The notes under the pieces are model-generated. The model was not told where the DNA came from. It saw only the letters and a program-made list of their open reading frames with translations, and searched no databases. From Eledone cirrhosa (Eukaryota), in contig OZ024741.1 of NCBI GenBank assembly GCA_964016885.1, forward strand, positions 265,360,001 to 265,424,000: a stretch of DNA of 64,000 bases, read 5' to 3'. This document shows, in pieces, positions 39,573 through 53,300 of the stretch. Within the stretch, counting starts at the first letter, position 1. The number at the start of each line of letters is the position of its first letter. The position numbers and the translations under genes were made by a program.

Positions 39573-39800
39573 TTAACCCTTTAGTATTTAAACCAGCCGT
39601 ATCTGGCCAGAATTCTCTCTCCTCTTTCTGTTCAAACTGGCTATAACCAGCCACTCAAATTGATGTTAAGGCATTGTGCTAAAAATAGATAATATCAAAA
39701 TCTCATAGATTCAATATTATATGAGATAATTATTTAAGATAAAGTCTTTACCACACAATACAACAGTACATATAGGACAATGTAAATGCTAAAGGGTTAA
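39573..39800 (-). mobile_element. piggyBac-type MITE, inverted relative to 38819-39034
   Basis: TTAA-CCCTTTAGTATTTA ... TAAATGCTAAAGGG-TTAA; interior resembles the reverse complement of the upstream copy. Confidence 0.85.
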
Positions 39801-40074
39801 TGTATACATCTTAGATATAGCACAGCCATATTATTGTTTTAGCTCTTTAACATCTTATTTTAACATGGTTTTATTATGTCTTCAAATAAGATATAAAAAG
39901 AATAAAAATAATAATAATAATTTAGTTTTCATTTGTAAATGATAATGTTGAATCCCTCACAGAAATTCACATTTATGGATATCTGTTATAAGATCTATGA
40001 GTATCTACTATAAGTGTCAATAAGTATATATTGTAAGTGCCTATAAGTATGTCGTAATTATCTATTGGTATCTA

Positions 40075-40822
40075 TTATAAGTATCTATAGGTAGCTATTA
40101 TAACTGTTGTAAGTATCTATCGGTAGCTATGATAAGTGTCTGTTGTAAGGATCTATAGGTAGCTATTATAAGTGTCTATTGTAAGGATCTATAGGTAGCT
40201 ATTATAAGTGTCTGTTGTAAGGATCTATAGGTAGCTCTGATAAGTGTCTGTTGTAAGTATCTATCGGTAGCTATGATAAGTGTCTATTGTAAGGATCTAT
40301 AGGTAGCTATTATAAGTGTCTGTTGTAAGGATCTATAGGTAGCTATGATAAGTGTCTATTGTAAGGATCTATAGGTAGCTATGATAAGTGTCTGTTGTAA
40401 GGATCTATAGGTAGCTATTATAAGTGTCTATTGTAAGGATCTATAGGTAGCTATTATAAGTGTCTATTGTAAGGATCTATAGGTAGCTATTATAAGTGTC
40501 TATTGTAAGGATCTATAGGTAGCTATGATAAGTGTCTATTGTAAGGATCTATAGGTAGCTATGATAAGTGTCTATTGTAAGGATCTATAGGTAGCTATGA
40601 TAAGTGTCTATTGTAAGGATCTATAGGTAGCTATGATAAGTGTCTGTTGTAAGGATCTATAGGTAGCTATTATAAGTGTCTGTTGTAAGGATCTATAGGT
40701 AGCTATTATAAGTGTCTATTGTAAGGATCTATAGGTAGCTATGATAAGTGTCTGTTGTAAGGATCTATAGGTAGCTATTATAAGTGTCTGTTGTAAGGAT
40801 CTATAGGTAGCTATTATAAGTG
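40075..40822. repeat. 36-bp minisatellite GTAAGGATCTATAGGTAGCTAT(T/G)ATAAGTGTCT(A/G)TT, ~20 copies
   Basis: Direct periodicity, with a degenerate left edge from ~39990. Confidence 0.95.
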
Positions 40823-43639
40823 GCAGTTTTTTGTCTCTCTCTCTCTCTGTCTACCCTCTTCCTTCTCCGCAAAAATGTTTCAACAAAATACAGAGACATC
40901 AAAAGCAATTAGCTAGTATGTGTGTGTGTATATATATATATGTATATATATATTGAGAGAGAGAGACAACCTCTCTAGTGCTGGTGGCATGAATAATACA
41001 CCTAGTCTATGTTGTAAAGTCCTTGGTGATAGGAAGGGCATCCAGATAGAAAAACCCTGCCAAAAATATGACAAGCACAAATCCAACCCATGCAAGCTTG
41101 GAAAAATGGATGTAACAACGATGATGATGATATATATATATATATATCATATATATATATATATATCATCGTCATCGTTTAATGTCCATCTTCCACGCTA
41201 GCATGGATTAGACGGATTTGTTCCATTTGATGCGGGATTGGTCGGGAGACCGTGTCTCACTCGTACGGAAGTGTTCACTTCAGTGCCACGATAAAAAGCA
41301 CCCAGTTGACAATGTAATGCGGTTGACATTAGGAAGGGCATCCAGCCACAGAAACCAAGCCAAAATACATATCTGTATGAGCATGGTCTCTGACGTGGCC
41401 CCTGGACCTGACTTGTCTCATAAGGTTACAACCCATCTAACCCATGAAAGCATGGAAAATGGATATTAAATGGTGATGATGATATATATATCGCTATTTC
41501 AGAGCACAAATACAAATCTTTAATTTATGCTACCGCTCCGTATGCAAATGAGTTTCATCAACTCATAAACACAAGCAGAATTATATAAGAATCCAGCTTA
41601 GTTTATGTTCAGTAAAGGCGACATTGTCAATTACTTGCCCCTACTTTTGCAGAAGCTACAATTGTCACAACCTTAAAATTCATAGCGAAAGGCCTTCCAA
41701 ATGTTTTTCATAAACATCCCATGTGTTATTAGATATACAATCTGTACATTGATATATATATATAATTTATGAGGGAAATTGCGCTGTGCTAGGAAAGACC
41801 TGTTCAACCCATGAAAAAGCAAGAAGAAAAAGACACTGGACAGAAAACAAAACAGTATCAAAATAATGATGATGAGAAATATTTAAATGAAAGAAATCTA
41901 TCCTATGGTAAGATTGGACCAAGGAGACAATGTTTCCATTGGTCTTTTCTATTGCAGATACTATCCGCTGGTCACAACTCTTGGCATACATTGGTAACAC
42001 GACCATCCCAAAATATAACAAACATACCTATAATGTGGAAAGAGATATATGTAAGAAGGTTAAAACAATACAAAATGGATGGTAAGATGAAGGCAACAAA
42101 AAAGTTAGTTACCTGGTAATCTTTGTTTTATTTCCATTCTAATATTTCAGGACTTAAAATTCCCTTCATTAAAGTATAGGGATCTCTCAGAGAAAAATGT
42201 TCCGGTTTATTCACTTTAAAATTAGATTTAAATTAAAAATTCATAAAGCATTGTTTGACGTTTGCTGTTTTTCACATCCTTTTACCAAGCAAGATATAAG
42301 CAATGAGTGTCTTCCAAATTTTGTAGGCCCAAACCCCTACCTTGGTTTTCAATCTGAGAACAAATTCTCCCAAAGTAAATTTCCTCAATAAGCAGAAAAT
42401 GAAAAACACGAAAGCTTCATGAAAATTTATCATCAAGCTTTTGCAACAAATTAACCAGTGAGTACCACATAATTTAAATGTTTTAAAACCCATGAAATAT
42501 TTTATATATATATATATATATAAGTAGATTCCCGATGTATATCGAGAGATGACCACTGTTAAAAAATGTACTCAATACGTTAATAGAGTATAGGTATATA
42601 TTTTATTATAGAAATGACTTCAACTTGACAAGAAAGGTTTCATTTGTAAGAAATCATCAGAACTTTCCTGATGATTTCTTACGAATGAAACAGTTATTGT
42701 CCTGTAGATGTCATTTCTATAATAAAATAAATAAATATATATATATTATCACATTCAAAAGTTGATGTGGAAAGACATATTAATGTCATGAATATTATTT
42801 ACAATTGTGCAATTTTATGAGTTTAAGGACTTTGAGAAATTTTATCTGTAAAATATGGTTGAAAGTATAATGAGAAATGCTGCTTCAGTTTCAAATTGAC
42901 AAATGATATCTTACAGAAAATAAGAATTATAGGTGCCTATAACCTATAAACTATAGGAACTTTGGAAACCTATAAACTATAAGAATTGTAGATGCCTATA
43001 ACCTGATTCCAGAAGAAAATAGAAACAATAGGTGCCTATGAACTTGCTCTAGAAGAAAATAAGAATAGATGCCTATAACTGAAAGGAACAGTAGAGACCT
43101 ATAAACTATAAGAAATGTAGGTGCCTATAATTTGATTCCAGAATAAAACTTCTTTCTCTGTTGTGTGTACATACATATTTAGATAAAACATATTTTATAG
43201 CAAATTTCTTGTCACAAATTATACAAGAATAAGATCTTTCTCCTGTCTGTGTTTGGTTATGTACTTGAAGAGTAAACTTTTGGGTGAAATATTTGCCACA
43301 AGTCTCACAGCAATATGGCTTATCCCAAGTATATATTTATCTATTGCTTTTAAGTCATGCAAATGAGGCTAATCAGCCCATCTACATAGGTTAAAAAATT
43401 ATTTCACCTGTTTCAAATTCCAGCAGAGAGCGGGGGGGGGGGGGGGGGGGCACTGTCCTGAACCAGAACACGTTGGCAGTTGTTCCCTGCTACATCTGCT
43501 GGAATCCGCTAGACAGCGCTAGCTGTCAGCTTTTCAATATGCATAGCTAAAAGGCTTTCCAAATGATTATTCATAAATGTATCGTATATCATTAGACATA
43601 CAAAATTCACATATTTATGTGTGTGTATATATGCATGTA

Positions 43640-43714
<75 letters not shown>

Positions 43715-44471
43715 ATAAGCAAATATTGTATCAAGAAAAATATAAACATCGGCGTGAAAGATTAGGAATTTATTTGCTTTAACATATGTTTCTGTGTCTA
43801 TTATAATTGTCTACATATGCTGGCTACAATATATATTATTCAATCATATGCAACACTTAATTATTTATCACACTTCACCAGAAAGCCTATAATTTTGGAA
43901 GTGACTATTCACTATGCAGTAGAATTCAGGAATGGGATTTTCGTTTAAGAAAATATAAATAAGTCAAAGTGACAATAAAAATAGAATAAAATACAGTCAG
44001 TTAGTGTGATAGTAAAGAGGAGAGGGAGTGAGGGTAAGGAGTTTCGCATTATCAATCTCTGTGCTGTGGTGTGGAACAATTATTCTTTGACCATTGGTAT
44101 GGGTGAAGGTTTTGATGTTTGCCATATATATCCTGAAAAGTGGTCATGCTGGTTACACAACAGAAAGTGCTCAGTGCACCCCTGTACGGTGGTTATGATG
44201 ATGCCACAACAAAAAGCAACCAGTCCACACTGTAATGTAGTTGCCGTTAGGAAGGGCATCCAGTCATAGAAACCAAGCCAGAATATAAACCCGTATGAGC
44301 AAGGCATGGTCTCTTGGCCTGACTTGATCCACAATGTGATAGCCCATCTAATTCATGCTAGTGTAAAATATGGACGTTAAACAATGATGATGATGATGAT
44401 GATGATAATGACGATATATATATATATATATATACTGCCTATGGAAGCACCATAGCTACCATTATACACAC

Positions 44472-44503
<32 letters not shown>

Positions 44504-44514
44504 CATCATCATCA

Positions 44515-44762
44515 TCATCATCATTTCATTTTACGTCTGCTTTCCCCTGCTTGCAAGGGTGGGACTGGAACTGATTCTGGCTTGATTTCTACAGCTGGAT
44601 GCCCTTCCTAACACCAACCTCATTTACAGTGAGTGCTGGGTGCTTTTTTGCCGTGGCACCTCTACGACCACTTTGCAGTGGACCCCGTCCCTATCATCTC
44701 ATTTCTACAGCTGAGTAAACTGGAGCAATGTGAAATAAAGTGTCTTGCTCAAGGAAACAACA
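44515..44762 (-). mobile_element. 5'-truncated CORE-SINE with RTE tail (same family as 35991-36322)
   Basis: Reverse complement of ~36070-36322 including the (GAT)n tail. Confidence 0.8.
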
Positions 44763-44914
44763 TGACATCATAACTTGTTGCTAAGGAATGTTGAGAGAGA
44801 GAGAGAAAGGTTTACCTATTGTGAAAGACAAACGTTGATTAGAAAATGATAAATCAATATATTATAATAAACCTATAAATGATAAATTATTATAACTACT
44901 ATTTAAAGCTTGAT

Positions 44915-45598
44915 ACATATTCTGAGCAGGTGCGTGACTATAGAGAACATGATCTTTCGGCACTGGTTGAGGTGGTGTGGACACGTGGTCCAGATGTCTG
45001 ATGGCCGCATTCCAAAGCAACTTCTCTATGGAGAACTGTGTGAAGGAAGGCGACCACCACACGAACCAAAAATGCGGTACCGGGACTGTGTCAGGGGCAC
45101 CTTGGTTTGTGCTGGAATTTCATCTGATGAATGGGAGAAAATGGCTGAGGAGCGTGTGAAGTGGAGCTGTTTGGTCAAGTCAGGTAGTGAACACTTTGAA
45201 ACTCGTCAGAGAGAACACCTTACACTGAAAAGGAAGGTAGGGAAAGGAGACTGTTCTGAACTTCCTGCTGTTGAACAACATCTGGGATGCCAGCACTATG
45301 GTCGAGTCTGCCTGAGTAAAGCTGGTTTGACTAGACACAAACAAAGTCATATCAGTAGACCTTATGTAGATTATGATCTGAAAAAGTGTAAGGAATGTGT
45401 TAGCATGGGAGGTCTCAAAAAACACATGAGAACACAGCCAGAACAAAGCAATGGAAAGTCCCGGAGGAGCCTTCAGTTGCCATATATGTGCCAGAGGGTG
45501 AAAGTCTTTGGCTGGTTTAAAGAGCCACAATCGTGCCTCACATTTTTGAGCATTTTATCAGGCAATGGCAATGCTCAAACACAAGTTTGCAGCCATAA
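44915..45598 (+). mobile_element. 3' fragment of a second RTE (BovB-like) LINE with degenerate C2H2 fingers
   Basis: LRWCGHVVQMSDGRIPKQLLYGEL..G.R....PKMRYRD motif followed by decayed C..C......GL..H...H repeats. Confidence 0.8.
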
Positions 45599-46651
45599 TA
45601 TATATATATATACACATTTTAACATACCAAAGCATATCAATTATGCTTGATGTTTGTGCTTCTCATATATACATATATCTTTTAATTTGAGTTATATATA
45701 TATATGTGTGTGTATGTGTAAAATGTACATTTATAGTCTATTATATCTTTGTCTCCCGGAGAGGTTATGTAGGAAGGGAAATAAGTCAATCACTAATTTG
45801 GCTCTTTCGACCAGGTTTTCTTGATTCATTTTCTCTCTATAAAAAAAAGTCGAAAGAGCCAAATTATTGATTGACTTATTTCCCTTCCTACATAACCTCT
45901 CCGGGAGACAAAGATAACAAAATATAATAGATTATAAATGTACATTTTTCTCTTCTTATAATTAGATATAACAACATCAACAGCAACAATAATAATAACA
46001 TTGTGTAAACAATTAAAATAAAAACACGTTTCTCATAGCGGTCTTCCTTACACCGTATTATTGTATAGGAAATGTCCTATAAGTAATTAAACGTTGTAGG
46101 GGAGTCAACCTTTGGTTTACATCTAATTGCAACTGGCACCACCACTACTACCACTACCATCTATCTAAATAGCTCTTCTTTTATTATTCTATTTATTTGA
46201 GACATTCGGCTACGGCCATGCTGGGGCACCACCCTTAAGAGATTTAGTTGACCCAATATATATATATATATGTGTGTGTGAGTGTGTGTGTGTTCTCGAA
46301 AAATAGAAACGAATGTTTCTAAGGTTGAATATTTTCGAGATCACACACACACTATCGTGATGAGTTGTTGCCCCTGGTTTCTTTCTACACTCAGTTCTCG
46401 AAGAATGCCCCTCCCCCTCACACATCACTCCCGCTTGTTAATTTTTCAGATTTTTTCCAACACCCCCGCTTATTAAATTTTGTTAATCTAACTCCGGCAA
46501 AATTTTATTTTAAGTGGTAGCATTCCTGCGACAGTTGATTTTATTTAGACATTAAAAAACATTATATATGACAAAAAAGTACATTACTAGAAATCCCATA
46601 CGTTATAAAATAAATAGGATGAGTTGGGGGCTCAATATGTAACCTAAATGT

Positions 46652-46838
46652 AAAGGCGGTGGATTAGCAGTATTGGTAGAGGGTCGGACGCTATGCTTTC
46701 AAGCATAGTTACGTCCCTTTACGATCTGAGTTCAAATCCCGCCGAGGTTGACTTTGCCTTTCATCCTTACGGGGTCGATAAAATAAAGTACCAGTAATGA
46801 ACTGGGTAATTGCTGGCCTTGTGCTTAAAGTAGAAACA
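46652..46838 (+). mobile_element. Full-length Meta-like SINE with an 18-bp TSD
   Basis: TSD AATATGTAACCTAAATGT at 46634-46651 and 46839-46856. Confidence 0.9.
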
Positions 46839-46895
46839 AATATGTAACCTAAATGTCTAATTCTGGTTTTAAAAAAAACGGAGATACCCCCGCGC

Positions 46896-47210
46896 TTATT
46901 CCAACTCCTCCACTTATTCCAGTCTCCAGTTCATTCCAACACCTCCACTTATTCCAGTATCCAGTTTATTCCAACTCCTCCATTTATTCCAACACCTCCA
47001 CTTATTCCAGTATCCAGTTTATTCCAACACCTCCACTTATTCCAGTATCCAGTTTATTCCAACACCTCCACTTATTCCAGTATCCAGTTTATTCCAACAC
47101 CTCCACTTATTCCAGTATCCAGTTCATTCCAACACCTCCACTTATTCCAGTATCCAGTTTATTCCAACACCTCCACTTATTCCAGTCTCCAGTTTATTCC
47201 AACACCTCCC
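46896..47210. repeat. 35-bp minisatellite TTATTCCAACACCTCCAC-TTATTCCAGTATCCAGT, ~9 copies
   Basis: Direct periodicity; dimer of 18- and 17-bp subunits. Confidence 0.9.
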
Positions 47211-48422
47211 CCTATTATTTGGGACCCAAGTGTACTCTCTATTTTACAGATTAAAATAATGAAAATTATTGTGTACGGTGCTCAGGTGTACTACAACTCA
47301 TCAAAGGAAAAACAAAATCCTCTTTCTTCTTTGGGGATTGAACTCTGAACAGTCACTGTCATTTTGAAAGCCAATTGTATAATCAGCAGTTGTACCACTC
47401 AACTACAGCATTAAATTTTCCGTTTTTTCTTTTGGGAAATCCCCCTTTTTCTGGTTTCACTTTTGATAAATACTGTCTTTGTTTTTCAATTTCAATGAAA
47501 TTTCACGGGTAAATTACAATAAATAATACTATAAATATTATTTAGACGGGGGAAAATCAAAATGTAAAGCTTAATATAGCTACTACAAAAGTATGGAAGA
47601 GACAAGGGACAAATTACGAATATTGTTCTTCCGCTGGTCATAGAAAAGCACGTAGTTTGTGGGTCCCGTGTTTGAGACCATTGCTCTAGAATATGATCAC
47701 GCCTAATTTTATTAAAACCATTTCACATGTCCGGATTTAATGGGAAGTAAAGGGGGCAATTGGCCCGGCTCCATCAGCGACGGCCGTAGCGATTTATTTG
47801 TGCCCTCAACTGGGCTTTTTAGTTTTAGGATGGTTAGAATTTTTTAATTTACCACCTGTTTGTATAATTTTTCAATTCCAAAGCTAACTTCGATAGGTCT
47901 GTATATTCTAATTTTTTTTTTTTTTGTGTATAAGGGGCCCCGCAATTTCTAAATCTAACCCTGGTTATATGAGCAGCTGTCTCATCTGCATTTAGCCACG
48001 AATTTAAGTTGAACGGAGTACAGTTTCTCTCTGAGGCCCCCATGACTGACTTTCTCACTCTCTTGTTCCCGAGTCCCCAAAAGACGTACGTTACTTACTG
48101 TGAAGGGTCGGATACCTCCATAATTCTTTTTTCAATGCAGTCAAATTTGCTTGAGAAGAGAATATCGTGATCGTGGCGAGAGGTGGCGACAGGGCGTGGT
48201 GGAGACTGTTTATTCAAGCAGACGTTCTTCGACCTCAGTTAGCAAAGTTTGGCCCCCGGGTGGGGTGGGTGTGTAGGGCTGTCCGAATAACACGCCCTCT
48301 GTCCCCCAATACTGCTGCTACCGATTTTACCGATCTGTCATTTGTAAATATTAAAGTGCTAAGATTACTAAGAAGTCTTACATGATGTTATGTACAATTG
48401 TTATTATGCAACTATCAATTAA

Positions 48423-48651
<229 letters not shown>

Positions 48652-48672
48652 CCGAATACTGGTGTGTATGAA

Positions 48673-49037
48673 TATAGCAAGACACTAGGTTGTGTGTATA
48701 AAGTTGAATTAACAAGTTGAAGTTATGTAGAATAGTATAGTTGACATGTCCATGAGTAGATGAAAGAATGAAGTAAAGTTATTTGTTACCGTTTTGAAGT
48801 TAGCTCGCAAGAGACCATGTTAGGGTTGCCAGGCGAACGCGCCTGGCCGAAGACGCCTGGCCGAAGGGCCAGGCAGGTAGAAGAGGGCAAATGAGAGAGA
48901 TCGTTCTGAGTATCCCTTTTATAGGGTCTCAGGACGGAAGTGACAAAAAGGGTTCTGCCATCCCAACGGGAAGTAACTCCAGCTACTTCCTGTCTAGAGA
49001 GCGGTGATGTGATTGTCATAAGGGAGGCAACTCTTGC

Positions 49038-49041
<4 letters not shown>
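48673..49041 (-). mobile_element. Possible solo LTR or TIR element
   Basis: Ends TATAGCAAGA / TCTTGCTACA; minus strand starts TGTAGC and has TATAAAAGGG; no TSD seen. Confidence 0.3.
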
Positions 49042-49095
<54 letters not shown>

Positions 49096-49183
49096 TGTAT
49101 AACTAATAAGCTCTGTAGCCTACATAGAGCACTCTTTTTTCCTGTACCTTTCTGACGCAAATACTTCATTTACACACACACAC

Positions 49184-49238
<55 letters not shown>

Positions 49239-49241
<3 letters not shown>

Positions 49242-49370
49242 TTGTCCTACTGTATTCGCGAGCGTTACGTTCCTAGCGTACCCGCGAAGAGTGAGAAACC
49301 GCGAATATTGGACGTGGTACATAAAAATGTCTAAAAACGTCAAAATATAACGTAAAATATAGGCCGGCAA
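49239..49370. mobile_element. Left half of a Tigger/pogo-like MITE; putative right half at ~54030-54177
   Basis: TA-CAGTTGTCCTACTGTATTCGCG versus CGCGAACGCCGAGGGTTCATTG-TA; CCGCGAA motifs in both halves. Confidence 0.5.
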
Positions 49371-49380
49371 ATATAATAAT

Positions 49381-49492
49381 TGTTTCTACTTTAGGCACAA
49401 GGCCAGCAATTACCCAGTGCATTACTGGTACTTTATTTTATTGACCCCGTAAGGATGAAAGGCAAAGTAAACCTCGGTGGGATTTGAACTCA
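49381..49492 (-). mobile_element. 5'-truncated Meta-like SINE with a 14-bp TSD
   Basis: TSD GCAAATATAATAAT at 49367-49380 and 49493-49506. Confidence 0.85.
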
Positions 49493-49496
49493 GCAA

Positions 49497-49557
<61 letters not shown>

Positions 49558-50389
49558 TTCAACTTTGTATTGTACATTGTATATTCAAAAAAAAAAAAGA
49601 AAATGGCTATAAATGGAACTATATAGAACAGCCAAACAACACCAATCTCACCAACACCAGAAAATAGATACACCACCTACCCCATCACCTCTCTGTGTAC
49701 ACTAAACACAACAGCCAGATAACGGCAACTTCACCACCACCACAACCAATCTCAACATAATAATTGATAATAATAAATACTATTATTATTGTCCCAAGTT
49801 TTAACAAAATGTTTAATTCCAACATTAAGGGAATTTATGTCAACACATGTACGCGACTAACCCCATAGATTCACCGAACGGACATCCATCATTACTACCA
49901 CTATCCCATCACCGCCGCCACCACTCCTTCATTGCTACCACCGCTACAACACCATCACTACAGTAATACGATCACATCACCACCACCGCTGCCTCAGTAT
50001 GGACATCACCACCACCGCTGCCTCAGTATCGCTGCCGCCGCCGCTATTCTCTCCCATTGCATTCTGCTAGTTGCTGCTAGCACAGCACTGCCACCACATT
50101 ATAGAATTCCTACTAAAAAAGAGGAAGGCATCAAAATATATAGATAGACTCAAAAGAAAAAACAAAAATCAAAACCAAAGCAGCACAGCAACAACAACAA
50201 AAAAAACCCCAGAGAAAACAAAAAACAAAAAAACGTAAAGAAAATAAGAATGAAGAGAGAAACAAGCGGACGGACAGAGAAGAGAAGGGAAAAACTAAGT
50301 CAGACATTCGAACACTACATTACAATGAAACTTATGCTTATTCATTTTTGGGGTTTTTTCTGCCTGTTTGTTTGTTTGTTTATTTGTGT

Positions 50390-53300
50390 TCGTCTACAGC
50401 GTGGTGATAATGCCACACAAGGGCCAAGTGGAGCGACGCAACCACCGGAGACGGTGAATCCACAGATGGTTATGTAACCATACATTCGCCAATCCTCGAT
50501 AAGAGTGTTTAAATATCGAACCTAAACAGTTCGAATAACGGTGAAATGGAGACTAGAACGTCATGTGACAGACTCTCACCCAACAGGTGCTCCCTGGCTC
50601 AGCAGCAGGAACCTGGCTGTCAACCAAATACTGCTGGTGTCGGAGGAAGAAGAAGGAAAGGGACCAGAACCAACTGGACGAAAGAATTGAATAGAACTGT
50701 TATGCAATGTTACCTGAAAAGTAACCCCAAGGAGAGGGGCTATAGGAGACGGATGCATAACATCTGGAACGAGATTGGTCTATTTAAATTAGATGAACAA
50801 AAATTGGCCGGGAAGGCTCGGGTAATAAGAACTAATGGGTGGATAAGCGAGCTGGAACTGGAGGAACTGAGCAGAGAGATTAGCTTAGAGATGGAGGGTG
50901 GAGTATGCCAGGCAAGCGAGCCAGTGGGAAATGAAGGTGAAGAGGTCGAGAGAACGGAGGAACCACCCGAAGCAGACAATGATCTGAATACTGAGATAAA
51001 TAATACCTGGAACAGAGATACGGCCACTGAGGAGATGAATGCTGACGGGCTAGGACAAGATTCGGTTGACATCCTAAATTTAGTGGTAGATGAATTGAAC
51101 AATGATAGTGGGAGACCTATGAACCTAAGATTTGTAGACAGGAAAAAGTTAAAAGAAACAACAGCTAAGGTAAACAAAGTCATCCCATACCTTGAGGCGA
51201 GGAGCCTTCACCAGTGCAACAATATCCTCAAAGCAACAGCAAATACGGTGAGGAAACTACTTGGTATAAAAGCGAGAGGAAACAACAGACAAGAAAGAGC
51301 AGAGCCTTGGTGGAAGAAACGACTGAGTGGTCAAATCAGGGAAATGAGAAATGACATTGGAAAGCTTGAGTCACTACTGAATGGGACACTAAAAAACATA
51401 CACACTAAAAATAAACTGGAAATAAAGTACAAAACTAGGAGGAAAAAGCTAAATATTATCATAGAGGAACTGAAGCAACGCATTGTAGCAAAGAGTGCAA
51501 AAATCAGGCGGTACGAGAACAGAGTCAGTCAGTATAAACAGAACCGCATGTTCGACAATAACCAGAAGATGCTGTTTGGACAGCTTGAGGGGAAAGAAAG
51601 AGGCAACGACTTGATCCCTGAGGCGGAACAAACTAAAACATTCTGGAGAGGAATATGGGAGCAGGATGTTAGACATAATGACCAGGCAGAGGGAGATCGG
51701 TGAGCAGGCACACCAACAAACTGATTTGAGTATCACAGTTGAAACTCTTAAGGGGCAGGCCAAAAAACTAACCAACTGGAAATCACCAGGCCCAGATGGT
51801 GTGCAGGGGTATTGGATTAAAAATATAACATCCCTCCACCCGAAACTGACAACCATGTTCAATGACTGCTTGATGTCAGGTGAGGTACCAGAGTGGTTGA
51901 CAAAAGGTACCACAGTTCTGATAATGAAAGACCGAATCAAGGGTAATGATGTTACCAACTATAGACCTATCACATGTCTGTCCGTAATGTGGAAACTGTT
52001 GACGAGCATTGTGTCTGAGGAAATCTACATCACCTCCACACAAACAACTTGTTACCGGACGAACAGAAAGGATGCCGAAAGAAGTCACGTGGTACAAAGG
52101 ACCAGCTACTTATTGATAAGATGGTAATGGGGAATTGCAGGAGGAGACACACTGATCTTGCCATGGGATGGATAGACTACAGAAAGGCATTTGACATGGT
52201 GCCTCATTCTTGGATCACCAAAAGCCTGGAGATCTTCAAGGTGGCAGATAACATCAGACAGTTGTTGGGCAAGAGTATGAGGTCCTGGGAAACAGAGTTG
52301 ACATCAACTGGAGAATCCTTGGGAAGCGTGAAGATCAAGAGAGGTATCTTCCAGGGAGATAGCCTGTCCCCGCTGTTGTTTGTCCTTGCCCTGATGCCCC
52401 TGACCAGTGTACTGCGAAAAGTGAGAGCAGGATACGGGTTGGGAAAGGGAGGGCTTACCATCAATCACCTTCTCTTCATGGACGATCTTAAGCTCTTCGG
52501 GAAGAGTGAGAAGGAGTTGGATGTGCTTGTTGACACTGTCCGTATTTTCAGCAGTGATATATGTATGCAGTTTGGTATTAGTAAGTGTGGAGTCATTGTG
52601 ATGAGGGGGGGGGGGGGTTAGGTTGAGCAGAAGTAACGGAATCCAGATACCAACAGGTGAGATGATAAAGGAAATTGACTCTGAGGAAGGATACAAATAT
52701 TTGGGCGTTCTGGAGGCTGATGGCATAAAGAACAAAAAAATGAAGGAATTGTTAAGAACTGAATACATTCGGAGAATAAGGAGCGTATTGAAGTCACATC
52801 TGAACAGCAGAAATGCCATAAGCGCAGTAAATTCCCGAGCTGTGTCTATTATTAGGTACAGTGCGGGAATTCTGAGATGGAATGTTGCTGAACAAAAAGA
52901 AATAGATAGGAAGACTATGAAGCTATTGACCATCTACAACATGTTCCACAAGAGGAGTGATGTCGATAGACTCTACCTAAGAAGATCTGAGGGTGGAAGA
53001 GGTCTTATCAGCATAGAGGACTGTGTTCAGATGGAGAAAAACAACCTACACAAATACGTGACTGATAGTAAGGAGCCAATGCTCAGAACTGTACTGAAGG
53101 AGGGGACAATAGGCCAGGGGATGTCCAAGGAGGAAATAACATCAAGGAGAAAGAGCAGCCTTCAGGAAAAATCCCTTCATAGTACCTTCTTTGAGAAAAC
53201 TGAATTTAGAGATCCACAGACATGGAACTGGTTGAGAAGAGGAGACCTTAAAAAGGCTACAGAAGGAATGTTAATGGCTGCGCAGGAGCAGGCCCTCAAA

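Larger units (their letters stand above)
46387..47233. mobile_element. TA-flanked MITE containing a nested SINE and an internal 35-bp minisatellite
   Basis: Imperfect TIRs TACACTCAGTTCTCGAAGAAT / ATTATTTGGGACCCAAGTGTA. Confidence 0.5.

Noticed and set aside
45290-45540. Host C2H2 zinc-finger gene
   Set aside because: The fingers are degenerate and contiguous with the RTE C-terminal motif, so they belong to the LINE.
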